A stretch of 64,000 nucleotides of DNA from Malacoraja senta (Eukaryota): assembly GCA_038087875.1 (NCBI GenBank), contig CM075978.1, positions 159,402,001 through 159,466,000 of the forward strand. The letters are read 5' to 3'. Below the pieces are notes generated by a model that ran no database searches, was not told the origin of the DNA, and worked only from the letters and a program-made list of their open reading frames with translations. The translations under genes and the position numbers were made by a program. Position 1 is the first letter of the stretch; the number at the start of each line of letters is the position of its first letter. This document shows, piece after piece, positions 25,680 through 39,446 of the stretch.

Positions 25680-26942
25680 TTCTTCTTCTTCTGTCGTGTG
25701 TCTTTTAGACCTGCAGCTCCGTTGAGGCGAGCCAGGCCAACGTGTCATCGTCCAGGTCAATCAGACCTCGTTCACCATTCGGTGGCCGATGTTTAGGGCA
25801 ACTGGTGACTATGTGCTCCACTGTCTGTGTTGGGTCCCCACACTCGCAGGAGGCGCTGTCCACGAGGCCCCACCTCTTCATCGCTACTCCATAGCGTCCG
25901 ATGCCTGTCCTCAAGCGGTTGAGGGTTGTCCACTGCTTTCGGGGCAGGTCCTGGCCAGGGACGTCCATGGGGTCATCGATGTAATGGTGTAGCCTAGATG
26001 GTTCCGCTGACTTCCACTGGTCTCTCCATCTCGTCTTGACCCAGGCAGCCTTAGAAGCGTCAGCCGGTGTTGTGCAGAGCAGCTCTTGGGCTTGCGTGGC
26101 AAAGGGGTGCCGTGACTTGAGGCGCACTCGTCGTGGTGTCTCTGTGACGATCTGATGGAGGAGGTGGGATTCACTGGTCTGTGCCTTTCGAGAGAGGGCC
26201 AGCGTGGCTGCTTCTCATCTGATGTTGGCTGGGGCGATGCCAGCGAGGACGGGCAGTTGGTTTACTGGGGTGGCTCGTAGGCATCCGGAGACAGTCCGCA
26301 AGGTGCTGTTGAGGGCAGCATCCAGCTTCTTGGCATGAGGGCTACGGCACCAGACCAGGGCGCAGTACTCGGCGGCTGAGAACACCAGGGCCACTGTGGA
26401 CATGCGCAGTGTCTTCGTCGTGGCTCCCCATGTGGTGCCGGCTAGGCGGCGAATCAGTGCGGCACGGGTGCTTGTCTTTGCCTTGGCACCTTCCAGGTGT
26501 TGTTTGAATGACAACGTTCTGTCGAGCTTCACACCGAGGTACGTGGGGACAGGCTGGGACCGAAACCGGGCGTTATCCACCATGACGTTCATCTCGCGGG
26601 ACGCTTCCCTGTTGTTGAGGTGGAACATTGAAGATGTTGTCTTACCCATGCTGAGCTTGAGGCGCCAGTTCCTCAGGTATGAAGACAGGATGTTCATGTC
26701 TTCAGAGAGGCCCTCTTCTGCTGCTTCCCATGATGGCTTGCTAAGTAGGATGGCCAGGTCATCAGCATAGCCATACTTCTTTGACTGGGTTGCAGGCAGG
26801 TCATGGATGTAGATATTGAACAGCATTGGTGCCAGCACTGAGCCCTGTGGGACGCCGTTCTTAAGTTTCCTCACCCTGCTGCATTTCCCGTTGCTGGTGT
26901 GTAGCCTGAAGCTGCGGTTGCTCAGCATCTCCATCAGACCGC
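25680..26942 (-). mobile_element. 5'-truncated Vingi/Ingi-like non-LTR retrotransposon
   Basis: RT GVPQGSVLAP...YADD; CCHC knuckle CECGDPTQTVEHIVTSC; (GAA)n tail; perfect 11-bp TSD TTAGATTACAC (25669-79 / 26943-53); single nonsense codon at 26215-17. Confidence 0.85.
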
Positions 26943-27008
26943 TTAGATTACACCAATTATCATGACTGGGCACCCCTCAGAAAATTGAACTGGATATTTA
27001 CAGCTGCA

Positions 27009-28297
27009 GATAGACACAAAATGCTGTAGTAACTCAGAAGGACAGGCAGCATCTCTGGAGAAAAGGAATGGGTGATGTTTCGGGTTGAGACCCTTCTTCA
27101 GATTGAGAGTCATGGCAGAGGGAGATACAGAGATAAGGAAGGGTAAGGTGTGAAAAGGGAACAAGGATTAAGGAAAATGTAGAATAGATCATTGTTAGCT
27201 AGGAGAAGGTGACTACAAAGCAAAGAGATAAAATGGAATTGGGGACAGTGAGGTTGATGGGAGCACTGGTAAGGGGGAGGGATGGGGAGAGAGGGAAAGC
27301 GAGGGTTACTTGAAGTTAGATAAGTGAATATTCATACCGCTGGGGTTTAAGCTGCCCAAGCAAAATATGAGGTGCTGTTCCGCCAATTTGCACTGGGCCT
27401 CACTCTGACAATGGAGGAGGCCCAGGTCAGTGTGGGAATGGGAGGGGGGGGGGGTTAAAGTGTATAGCAACCGGCAGATCAGGTAGGTTTAGGCAGACTG
27501 AGCGGAGGTGTTCAGCGAAACGATCGCCGAGCCTGCCCTTGGTCTCGCCGATAATAAGAGTCCACACCTGGAACAGCGGATACGGTAGATAACGTTGGAG
27601 GATGTGCATGTGAACCTCTGCCTCACCAGAAAAGACTATCGCAGTCCTTGGATAGAATCAAGGGGGTAGGGGATCGTTGCAGGGGAAAGTACCTGGAGAG
27701 GGGGTGGTTTGGGTAGGAGGGATGAGTTAACCAGGGAATTGTGGAGGGAATGTTCCCTGCAGAAAGGGGTGCAGATGGGAAGATATGGTTGACGGTGGGA
27801 TCCCGTTGGAGGTGGCGGAAATGTCGGAGGATCATGTGCTATATGCGACAGCTAATGGGGTGAAAGGTGTAGACCAGGGGGACTCTGTCCCTGTTGTGAC
27901 TGGGGAGCAAGAGTGGAGCTGAGGGATATCGAGGATACCCTAGTGTGGTCATCTATGATGGAAGAGGGAAACCCCGTTCCCTAAAGAACACCTCGTATGG
28001 AACACCTCATCTTGGGCGCAGATGCAAAATAGACAGAGGAATTGGGAGTTGGCGATAGAGTATTTGCAAGAGGCAGGGTGGGAAGAAGTGCAGTCTAGAT
28101 AGCTGTGGTAGTCAGAAGGTTTATAGTAGGTGACAGTCGATAGTCTATCTCCTGTGATGGTGACAGATCAAGAAACGGTAGGGAGATGTCGGAGATGGCC
28201 CAAGTGAATTTGTGTGCAGGATGAAAATTAGTAGTGAAGTTAATGAAGTCCGTGAGTTCTGCATGGTGCAGGACGTAGCCCCAATGCAGTCGTCAAT
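27009..28297 (-). mobile_element. Penelope-like element (RT C-terminus, GIY-YIG endonuclease, 3' pseudo-LTR), degenerate
   Basis: IDDCIG at about 28297; IGETKGRLGDRFAEHLRSV..PVAIHFN; ends in the hammerhead-bearing repeat at 27009-27105. Confidence 0.85.
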
Positions 28298-28670
28298 GCT
28301 ATTCACTTAAACTATTATGATGTTTCCTAACTACAATTATGACATGCTCTGTTTTTCATAAATTTTATATTCCATTGATTGTGTTCTCACTCACTAACTC
28401 CCCTGATTTCACAGCTTTTAAGTGCTTTTCTCTAGATTCCTTTTGTCTAACAGCTCCCATGAACCCATGAACCGAATGACCACATTGACAGATTATTTCC
28501 ACAGAATCCTTGGCCTCTTTCTATCAGGGATATTTCCTTTGTCAATAGCCATACAGTAGCTTCACATTGAGAGAATGATATCCCTTTTGGTACTGATTAT
28601 ACATTGAGTTGAGCACTAGCAGTGCTTTCATCACTTGTCACCACTCCCTCCAAAGTTGAACAATTTGAAG

Positions 28671-28966
28671 AGGGCGGCACGGTGGCACAGCGGTAGAGTT
28701 GCTGCCTCACAGATCCAGAAACCCGGGTTCGATCCTGACTACGGGTACTGTCTGTATGGAGTTTGTACATTCTCCCCGTGACCGTGCAGGGTTTCTCCGG
28801 ATACTTTGGTTTTCTCCCATACTCCAAAGACGTACAGGTTTGTTAGTTTATTGGCTTTGGTAAATAGCCAAAGTTGGACAGTGTTTGTGTACGGGGATCG
28901 CTCGTCGGCGCAGACTCAGTAGGCCGAAGGGCCTGTTTCCACGCTGTATCTCTACACTAAACTAAA
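28671..28966 (+). mobile_element. HE1-type tRNA-derived SINE, near full length
   Basis: A box TGGCACAGCGG (28683), B box GGTTCGATCC (28726), CR1-like tail ggccgaagggcctgtttcc...ctaaactaaa. Confidence 0.88.
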
Positions 28967-29430
28967 GATAATGAAGGCACGAAGCACGTACAGTTGTAGC
29001 AACAGGTGGTGGAGATCAATCAACAAGTAACTTGAATGTTCTAGATGATTCTTTTAATTCCTCCATTTGAGAAGGATGGGGTTATTCAATCCTGTTACCC
29101 GTCACATGTTCAATCATGTATGATTAAGAATGGAGATTAACTGTGCATTAGGATCTGAAATTTCAGTCCTCATTTGCATCATTATATCTCTACTATCTGC
29201 CTGTCTGCTTTGCTTTAGCAACATGTCCACTAATAACTTCCTCAAAATTGTGTGAGGTAAATTGGAATGATTTGTTTCCCTTTAATTGGGAGATCAACAG
29301 ATATTGGGCATATCCAGAAATTAATTACTAGATGGATTAGAGGAGAGTTGAGGAAAACATTTATCAATAAAGAGTGCTGGGCTCTGGAACACACTGCCAG
29401 AAAGAATAATGAAGACAGCATATTACCCTG

Positions 29431-29591
29431 CATAGAAATGTAGAAAATAGGTGCAGGTGTAGGCCATTTGGCCCTTCGAGCCAGCACCCCATTCAATATG
29501 ATCATGGCTGATTATCCAAAATCAGTACTCCGTTCCTGCTTTCTCCCCATATCCCATTATTCCGTTAGCCCTAAGAGCTATATCTAACTCA
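29431..29591 (-). mobile_element. CR1 3' end fragment
   Basis: Matches 58600-58750. Confidence 0.85.
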
Positions 29592-30412
29592 GAAGATTGG
29601 TTGGCTAACAGGAAAAAGAAGAGACATAAAATTGATCTTATTCTATGAGATCCAATGAGTGCTATGCCAAAGAGATCAGTGCTGGGGCCTCTAAACGTTT
29701 ACTGGTTATTTGATGTAGATGGAGGTACTGAAGATAAATTTGCTGTTGGTACAAAGCAAATGTATGTTTCAACTTGGCACACACAGGTGGGATTCCTGGC
29801 TAACATCTGTATGTCTTGCGACTAAAAAAATATTTTCATTTGTGCTAGCCATATTTACAGAGCCTTGCTTTTAAAGCATGTTGGTTTCATATCCATTTTG
29901 AGATTCACTGCTGTTTCCAGTTATCTAAAATAAATTCATCTGGGCAATTGAGTCTATGCTGGCTCCTTTTCAGAATAATTTTGGTCAACCCCATTTGCCT
30001 ATTCGTGCCCCAAAGATCTGCATATTATTCTCTCTTAAATTATATTGTATCCTTTTGATGACATTAATTGATCTACATCCATCATCACTGCAGACAGCAA
30101 ATTCCAAATCAGAATTACTTGAGTCAAAAACTAAATTCCTCACATCCTCAATTTACCTTGTTCTAAGGAGAATAATCCAACGTTTTTCAATCAGATGTAT
30201 TAGTTAAAATCACTCATGCATAAAACCATTTTTATCAATCTTCTCCGCATTCTTTGTCGGATCATTCATCCTTCATTTGATTACTTGAGAAGAATTGTAC
30301 ATGATACTTAAACCCTTAAATGTGTTTTAATGATTAAAGCTTAAAAGCTCTTGAACTTTTTGTTTAACTGTAATCATCAGTCATGTGATTTTGTTTTCTT
30401 ATCTTTTCAAAG

Positions 30413-30545
30413 AATCACCTTATTGTGAAAGTTCCTCCGTACCATAATCAACTTATAACAACACCAGTTTCAGTTGGCATATATGTCATAACCAATGCTG
30501 GAAGATCACATGAAGTACAGCCTTTTACCTTCACTCCAGATCTGG
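30413..30545 (+). CDS. NFAT5: NFAT5 coding exon, IPT domain end
   Basis: ttcaaag| acceptor, G|gtgggt donor; [44 protein letters not shown]. Confidence 0.96.
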
Positions 30546-31502
30546 GTGGGTTGTTCAATAAAGGTTTGCTTCTTTTTCTAACTAATCTTTTATCTAAAAG
30601 GACAAAAAAAAAAGATCAGTTATCACCAGAAGCATATGTTTTATTAAATCTCATAACTTTGCTCATAAAGTCACTGTACAGACCAGATTTTAATCAGTCA
30701 TTCATAGAATTGATTCCCAGCTGAAAAATGAGCTGGAATGGAAAGGTTATTAGCTTCACACAATGTTATGCTATAACTAAATTAATTTACAATTTTTTGA
30801 TCTGATTCAAATATTCCCTTTCCAAACAGATCAATCTTAAAACAGATGTTACTGTTTTGGGATTAACCAAAACCTACATATGTGTCATAGTTTTCTTATA
30901 GTTGGCTGTATCCAGCCTCCCACAACATTGGCATTTCCATTCTATTTGTTTAGGATTATTTTGTATGTTAATTTTTCTAGGTTGATTTAATTTTGGTGGC
31001 CCTCTTTTAAATGTAGTTGCTTTGGTCTGCAAATCAATACATAGAGCAGTAAAGTACAGGAACAAGCCCTTTGGCCCACAATGTCTGTGCCAAACATGAT
31101 GCCAAGTTAAACTAATCTCCTGTGCCTGCATGTGATCCATGTCCCTCCATTTCCTGCATATCTATATGCCTTTCCAAAAGAAGGTAAGAGTATTGATTTT
31201 TTTAATGTGTTCCTTGAGGGCCAATGCATCTTCGTCAAGGCACATAACAAAGAGATTTGTGATTTTCTGCGTTAATGGATTCAATTTATTACATTTGATT
31301 ATTTTAAAGCAACATACCTTAATACAAATATTTATAGTAAAAGTTTTAATATTGTATGCGGTAACTTAATCTTCATGATTTACTTACCGGTCTGAAAAAT
31401 TAGATGAGGAATCTTTACAGTTAAATTTTGAAATGTTTGACGAAAGAAAACTAAACGATAGGTGAAAATTAAAAAAATCGGTGTATTTTGTTTACGCTTT
31501 AG

Positions 31503-31574
31503 CAAACTCATCAGATATCATTGTGAAGAAAGAAATTGGTGTACAACCATGTTCCATTGATGAAGCAATGAAAG
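31503..31574 (+). CDS. NFAT5: NFAT5 72-nt coding exon
   Basis: ctttag| acceptor, G|gtataa donor; ANSSDIIVKKEIGVQPCSIDEAMK (cf. recalled human VKKEI...PCSFEEAMK); phases fit. Confidence 0.9.
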
Positions 31575-32317
31575 GTATAATGAATTTTTTATACATAAAA
31601 ATGCAGTAAAATTGCCTGTGCAGTCAGGGCTCTGGTTTCCCATTACTGACTCTCAAATTTAAAAGTGAAGGTCAAGAACTTAAATGCAAAGAAGTAACTT
31701 TTTGGCAATAGCAATGTGCAAAAGCAACAGAACATTGATGATTAACTAAGGGGCTCCTATGCCCCCTTCACTCTCGTTACAGGTTTCTCCTTTGTATCAC
31801 GCTTTACCAGTTAACCACAAATTTGAAAGTAGACCATTTCAGTATAAGAACGCTGACTTTATTTCACAGAGAGATTATAACAGTTTCTGCAGTTGTCCAT
31901 ATATGCTCTCTAGAAGCACTTGCTAAAGGGAGAAAATATAATAAAAGAAGTTTTAAGTAGGACACATTTATTTTATCTGGGTAAAGAGAATTCAGTTGTG
32001 GAACGTTTGCCCTAAAGCATTAGTTTGTCAGTAGTTTATATTCAAATAACATCATTATGGCTACTGCAGTTTGAATAAATGAATTGTCATTGGCACTAGT
32101 TCAAGGTCAAACTTTATAAACTGCTTTTGAATATCTGATGTGGAGACCATAATACGTTTAATCAATCATGATTCAAGAAAAGCGAGTTGGAAAGAAACTA
32201 ATTTTGTCCTTTTTCACACAAATTTTGTATCTGTATCCCTGATTTCTTTGGTATCAATTTGTGGCTTTCGTAAAGGCAAATTTCCATTACCCAAATGATT
32301 GTAACATGAGACTCACC

Positions 32318-33040
32318 TGTACATAGTAAATGGCAGGACCCTCAGGAATATTACTGTACAGTGGGATCTTAGGTTGCAAGTCTATAACTCCCTGAAGGTG
32401 ACAATAAAAGTAGAGAGGATGGTTAAAAAGGTGTACGGCCTGCTTGCCTTCAATGGTCGGGGTATGGAGAATACAACATTGGGAAGTTATGATTTCAACT
32501 GTTTAAACCTTTGGTTAGGCCACGTTTAAAGTATTGTGTGCTGTTTTGCTCACCACATTTATTGGAGGGATATGAAGTCTTTGGAGAGGGTGCAGAAGAG
32601 ATTCACCAGGATGTTGCTTGGATTGGCATGTATTAACTATAAGGAGGCCTTTGATCGTTTTCTCTGGAAAATCAGAGACTAAGGGAGAACCTACCGTAAA
32701 ATTATGAGAGGTACAGATAGAATAGGTACTCCGAGGTACCTCGGGGTGGTATTGTCAAATACTAGAGTGCATAGGTTTAAGGTGAAATGTGGAAACTATA
32801 ACAGCGATATGCAAGGTAAGATTGTTTTTACACAGAATGTGCTACACAGGCACAGGTATAGAGGTGCTTGGAACACACTGCTAGGGGAGAGTAGAAACAG
32901 ACATGAGGACAATGTTTGAGAGGCATTTAGACAGAAACATGGACAGGCAAGGAATAGCGGGGTATCGACCCTATGCAGGTACATAGGATTTGTTTAGATT
33001 GTCACCATGATTGTCACAGACATGCGGAATCATTCTATGA
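32318..33040 (+). mobile_element. Degenerate CR1 LINE 3' part
   Basis: ttggagagggtgcagaagagattcaccaggatgttgc and related ORF2 C-terminal motifs. Confidence 0.8.
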
Positions 33041-34140
33041 TGAAGGGCAGGTGAATTCTTTAAGTAAGCACCAGACTAAATACAATGACTTGAAGGCAAT
33101 TTAACAGAAAAGTAAGTCTAGCAAAAGAAGTATGAGAACAGAGTGACACTGAATAAACAATTTTGGTATTTCTATAGGCCAGACCCAGTAAGCTTGGTAA
33201 ATTTCCTCTCCTGAAGATTACTAGTAAAACGGATGGGTTTTAACAACAATCTGCTAATTTTGTATTCATGATTTTTAATGACCCTTATTTTTCTTAATTT
33301 CCAATTATTAAATAAAGTTCCATTTCACATGTATCACAATAAGATTTGAAAGATATCTGGATTATGGATATCTGGACCAGTAATTTAAACACTTTATGCA
33401 CAATATACCCATTCATGATTGCTCTCTCAATATGTCCTTCCACCTTCAAAGATCATAGCACATAATCCTCCAGGTTTTTCTCTTGAGTAAAACACAAAGT
33501 GCTTGAGGGACTCGGCTAATCAGGCAGTTTCTGATTCGAAAGGCGAGGCCCTTCTTCAGACTGATTGGAGCCGCTGAGTTCCTGTTATGCATACACCCAG
33601 AGGGATGTGGGTTAAATGCAGGCAAATGGGACTAGGTTAGATGGGGTATCTTGATCGGCATGGACTAGTTGGGCCTGAGGGCCTGTTTTCGTTCTGTATA
33701 CACTATCTCAACACAATAAGAATACAACTAAAAAGTTGACCTGTTGGACAACAGCTATTAAGACTCTCTGGAATTTCTACGGCAACAATCCTTCCTGACA
33801 ACTTAAATTTTGTCATGCCTACTGAATAACTTGAGCGTACCTGGAAGGGAAAGTTCATCAAGGATCTTCAGCTTCAAGCAAACTTTTTTCATGTGGAGAT
33901 CCATTTGAGATTGATTACTGTGATGAGTCAACCAGCATCAGCACTATCTCTGGTGGCATTCATGCACTTGAATTAGAAGGTTATGTCTTTGACAATTCAA
34001 AATCAAAAATCAAGGAAGGCACTCCGGTGCAGAAATGAATGTTTACAAATACTCAGGACTAGATGTTAAAAGTCCAAAGTGCCAAATATCAATTTACTCC
34101 CGATGGTGATGGAAGCCTTCTGCACTCAATTATGCTCCTC

Positions 34141-37005
34141 CGATGTTGAGAAAGGCTAGGCAGACACGTAATTGGGGTTATCAAGTGGGCACCTACTTTC
34201 ATCGACGTTTCGCTGATTGAACCCACGACGTCTCCAGTAGGCTCAGCGTTGCATTCTGGCGTCCCAGAACCACCCCCCTCTGCATCTGTCTAGTCGGTTA
34301 TTTGGGAGACCAAATGGGGTCTTTCCTCTTCAGCCAAAGCCACTGGCTACTCCGCTCTGCTACCCGTGATGTTTCTTTGATGTCCTGGCGTAGGGCTTGT
34401 CCGCTGATCCCCAGGTCCTTCATCAGTCTTAAGGTAGATGTTGCCACGAATCCTCGACATCCAACTTCTACCGGGCAGATCTTAGCTCTCCAGCCCCGCT
34501 GTTCTCCCTCCGCTGCAAGCTCTGTATATCGCAGTTTCTTTCTTTCGAAGGCTTCCCGCACAGCATCCTCCCAAGGGACTGTGAGCTCCACAAAATACAC
34601 CATGTGCTGAGAGTTCGACCAGAGCACAAGATCAGGCCTCACATTGGTGATGGCTATCTCTGATGGAACTGTAAGCCGTTGGTCCACATCCACCAGCATC
34701 TGCCAATCCCGGGCTGCCTCCAGCTGTCCAAACCTGGTCCTTGGTGGAATTTCCATTGCCTTTGTTCCCCCCCCCGAACAAAGGCAATTGTCTTAACTGG
34801 GTTGGTTATTCTGGGCGGCAGGGCATTGTTGTCTGTTCTCCTGCGTTCCAGAGTCGCTGCCAGGCATTTGAGCACTTGATTATGTCTCCAGGTGTACCGT
34901 CCTTGGGAGAGGCTTACTTTACACCCAGTGAGGATGTGCCTAAGTGTGGCTGGTGTTGAACACAGGGGGCATGATGGATCTTCGCCCAGCCATTGGTTGA
35001 GATTTTTTGGGCTAGGAAGGACATCATAGGTTGCCCGAATGGGAAAACTTATCCTGCTCGCCTCCATCTCCCACATGTCCTTCCAGCTGATCTTCCTCTT
35101 TTCCACACTCTCCCATCTCATCCACTGGCCCTGTTTAGCTTGCGACACAGCCTTGGCACACCTACTCCTGTCGGTGGACTTCGGCCGCGACCAACTTCCG
35201 GCGCTCCAGTGATGATGCCTTGTTCCAGCAAGGTCACTTTCTGCCAAGCCCCAAGCCACTTCTTCCGTGTTGGATTTGCCCTACCATGTCGCCTTGGTGG
35301 AGAGCAGATTTTGCCTGCTGTGTCGCATTCTTAGCCGTCCGCTTCTTTCCTGTTGCCAGGGTTGGAGCAGCAGCTCGGATGACAGTGTCCCTTGATTCTG
35401 CCAGGGTCATCTCTAGTCTGACTTTAGTGCACTTGAACTCCTCTGTGAGACTAGAGAGAGGCAGCTGGAGTACCCCCTGACCGTACAGGCCTACGCTGCT
35501 CAGGCACCGAGGAACACCTAACCACTTTCTCACGAAAGAGCTGATTGTTCTTTCTATCTTCTCGACTCTTGTGAGGGTGATATCATACATGGTTAGTGGC
35601 CACATAAGGCGAGGCAGTAACCCAAACTGCAGGCACCAGATTTTCAGCTTTCCAGGCAGCATGGATCGGTCGATGTTCGCCAGACCTTTGATGACTTCTT
35701 GCCTAAACTCGTTAGCCTGATCAGTCCTTCAGTTTAGAGTTATACCATCTTCCCAGACTTTTGATTGGCTTCTCTGACAGTTGGAATAGGTTCTTGATCA
35801 ATGAAGAACCTTTGATCTGTCAGTTTGCCTTTGATTATAGAAATGCTTCTTGATTTGGATGGCTTGAATTTCATTCTGACCCCAGTGATGTTTTCTTGAA
35901 GCTTTCCTAAAAGGCGCCTGGTGCAAGGTGCTGTTGTTGTTATGATTGTCATGTCATCCATGTAGGCCCTGATGGGTGGTAGACGGACTCCAGACTTCAG
36001 CCGCTGGCCACCCACCACCCACTTGGAGGCCCTTATGATGACTTCCATAGCCATTGTAAAAATCAATGGGGAGATGGTACACCCCGCCATAATGCCGATC
36101 TCCATGCAGTGCCATGAGGTCGTGAAGTCAGGCGTGGTGAAACAGAGCTGCAGATCTTGAAAATAAGCCTTGACAATGCTTGTGATAGTCTCTGGTATCC
36201 TGAAGAAGTCAAAGGATGCCCAGAGGAAACTGTGAGGGACTACGCCAGGCCATCAAAGAAAAATGACATGCAGATCTCTTTTCTTTTCTTGCAGTCTGGA
36301 TTTGGTGCCAAATCATGCGGGTATGTTCGAGACTTCCAGAGAACCCTGGGATGCCTGCTTTTTGGACTGTTGTATCCACAAGGTTGTTTCTCTCTAAATA
36401 GCTGGTCATCCTCTGAGCTATGATGCTGAAGAAAATCTTACCCTCTACATTGAGGAGATTGATAGGGCGGAATTGGCTGATATCTGTGGATTCCTTCTCT
36501 TTCGGAATCAGGATTCCTCCTGCCCTGTGCCATGCTTTATGTATGACTCTCTTCTCCCAAGCCACTCTCATTAGCCTCCACAGGAAGTGAAGAACATCAG
36601 GAGCACCCTTGTAGAGTCGATACAAAACCCCATTTGGCCCTGGGGCTGAAGATGCTCTTGCCCGCTTTACTGTCTGTTCCACCTCCCTCCACTTTGGAGG
36701 TCTAATGTCCATCTTATGCTCTGGTTGTTCAATTGGTGGGATGTCCGATGGAATAGCTGTCTTCTGGTGTCTCTTGTCATCCGCATGCATTCTTTCCAGA
36801 TGCTCGTCCAGCTCCTGCCTTGATGTTTTCAGGTTTCCTCCCTTTTCTTTGATGAAAAGTGATTTTACGAACTTATAGGGGTCCTTGAAGAAGCGTGATC
36901 TCGTTCGTTCTTTCTTTTTTCGTGATTTCCGCAGGTACTCTGCTCGTCTCAGGGTTGCTAAACGGTTTTTGATGCTTCCCTGGAGAACGTTGATGCCCTC
37001 CTTCT
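34141..37005 (-). mobile_element. Hero/NeSL-like non-LTR retrotransposon with restriction-like endonuclease; frameshifted, 5'-truncated
   Basis: APGPNG, FRPINLLNVEGK, GIMAGCTISPLIF, YMDD, CPLC..HILTGC, RHNQV, RPDLVLW...VELTVPWE..ERKKLRY; ends approximate. Confidence 0.88.
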
Positions 37006-37024
37006 CACTATATATGAAGAATTA

Positions 37025-37300
37025 TTACATTGTTAAAGGTGCCATCTTTCAGATAAGGCATTAAACTAAAGGTGTATAACACAAAGTTCTGGAGTAACTC
37101 AGTGGACCAGGCAGCATCTCTGAAGGACATGGATAGGCGATATTTCACTCTTGGGACTCTTTAGAGCATTCAACTTGAGGTCCAGCCAACTGTCCCATGT
37201 GGGCATGTAAGATCTTGAATCTCTCCTTTGCAGTAAGCAGGGGAGTTCACCCTAGTGTCCCTCTTTCAACATTCCTAAAATCTTATCTGATCATTAACAC
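37025..37300 (+). mobile_element. DeuSINE-like core, interrupted by a Penelope-derived repeat
   Basis: ggtgccatctttcagataaggcattaaac...taagatc...gcaggggagttc...gtgtcc. Confidence 0.5.
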
Positions 37301-39446
37301 ATTGGAGACACAAAGAACTGCTGATGCTGGTTTACAAAAAAAGACACAAAGTACAGGAGTAACTCAGCTGTTCAGGCAGCATCTCTGGATGAGTGAGGTT
37401 TTGTGTCGGGACCCTTCTTAAGACATTAACACATTAGTTTTGGTGAGGTCTTCTAGAACGTATTTCAAATGGATATTGTATTCATTTGACAGTATTTTTT
37501 CATAAGAATTAGGAGTAGAGCAGGTGGCCCTTTGTCTGCTCTGCCATTCATCAAGATCATGGGTGATCTTCTACTACAGTATAATTTTTCTGCAATCCTT
37601 CCAAATCCCTTGATTCGCTTGAAATTCAGAAATCCCTTGACCACTGTTTTGAATTAACTCAATAACTGGGCCTCCCCAATTCTCCAAAGATTCACCATCA
37701 TCTTAGGGAAGAAATCTCCCTCAATTTCAGGCCCAAATGGCTTCCCTGACTTTGCAACTGTGACCCTAGCAGCTCTCTCCTTCAGATAAGGACAGCAAAA
37801 CTATACAAGTGTAGGCTCACTAAAGCTGCGTATACTCAAGTCCCCTTACAGTAAAGGCCAACAAAACATTTGTTTTCTAAGTATACCCATGTCCCTTTGA
37901 AGATGCCAATCTTTCCCACGGTTTGTGCCGATTGTATCGTTTGAACATACAAATGCTTCCACTAGCAGATTTTATGTTAATTAAAGGAACATGGATTTTT
38001 TGAAACTGTAAATTTAGCCCGCAGTGCCCTATGAAGACAAATAATCAGGCTCTCTCTTAATTGCCATTCTGATAAATGTTGATGCTTCTGTTAGTGGGCT
38101 CTGGCATCTTTCAGTAACTGAAAAGTATACTGGTCAAAAGTATTTTTTTCATGGTTAGTTATACGTGGTTGACAAATATAAGAGGCTTTTGCTGTTAGCA
38201 ACTCAAATTTAAAAAAAATATACAATGTATTATTATGTCCTTGAGCTAGAATACCATCTGTGATTACCTGGAAAGCCATGATGCATATAGAAATTAATTG
38301 TTTGCTCGTGTAGGTCAGTTGATTATTATTTCTAAATATAATCAACAGGAAATGGAAGAGGTTATTAGCCAATAACATTACGGCAGTAACTAATCTCTGT
38401 AGCAGAGGTTCTTATACTTTTCTATGTTGTAGGCCTGAGTCAATAGATTATTGCTTTCCTATAGTTTTTCAATAGTATTCTTGGGGATTTACTTTGTCCA
38501 CTGATATAAATATAGTAAATACTGGAAATTATATGTAAAGACAGCAATACAGTCAAGTTTCAAATTGATAACCTTTCATCAAAAACTCTCTCCACTCTTT
38601 TCCTTCCCACTCTCTTTTTCTTTCCTCCCTCCCAGATTTCCCACTCTCTCGATTATCATTCCCATGCTCACTTAAATGTGTTGGGTGATCCCTGTATTGG
38701 TGTAAGTGTATTGGGCATGGAAAGCCCAAGATGGAGAAACAGGATCTGGAAAAGTTTTTTTAAAACAATCATATTTTAGATTGCAGAGAAGGGGGTGCAA
38801 GGATGCAAAGAGATACACGTATAGGAAGGAACTGCAGATGCTGGTTTAAATCGAAGATAGACACAAAAAGTAATAACTCAGCGGGTCTGGCGAAAAGGAA
38901 TAGGTGACGTTTTGGGTCGAGACCCTTCTTCAGACATAGACAGATTAAGTGAATGGACAATGGCATGGCAAATGGAGTATAATGTGTAAAGTCTACTAGG
39001 TAGAAAAAATAAGAGGGTGGAACACTTATTAAGTGGGGATTGTTTGAAAGGTGGTTGGTATTGGTTTCCGTGTACACATCATTGAAGGAAGCATGAGGTC
39101 AAGCTGAAAAAAAATCATCAGACTTGGTTCACTGATCTTAATAAAAATGAGTAGTACTAGATAAAATCTGGTTAATGTCAATAATGTTAATGATTAAGAT
39201 GATGGTCACAATTTCAGCATCGTACCCAAAAGTAAAATACTTTCTGTCATCAAATAAAATGTTTCGTTGTGAGTGTACACAGGAAATGTAAGGTTGATTT
39301 ACAGGCAATACAAATAATGTGTACAAAACTTTGGAAATATGTTAGAGCACAAATAACAGATTTATTCACTTTTCCTTATGTTTATGTTAATTTTGATCAG
39401 TACAGGGTTTTTGCAGCAAAAGTTTGATAACGTTGCTTTTTTTTAG

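Noticed and set aside
28671-28745. tRNA gene
   Set aside because: The A/B boxes belong to a SINE head that continues into the SINE core and LINE-derived tail
34203-34238. Minus-strand CTGGAGA...GAAACGTC as a hammerhead in the Hero-like 3'UTR
   Set aside because: CUGANGA core is violated and there is no proper helix II; better explained by the nested stem structure
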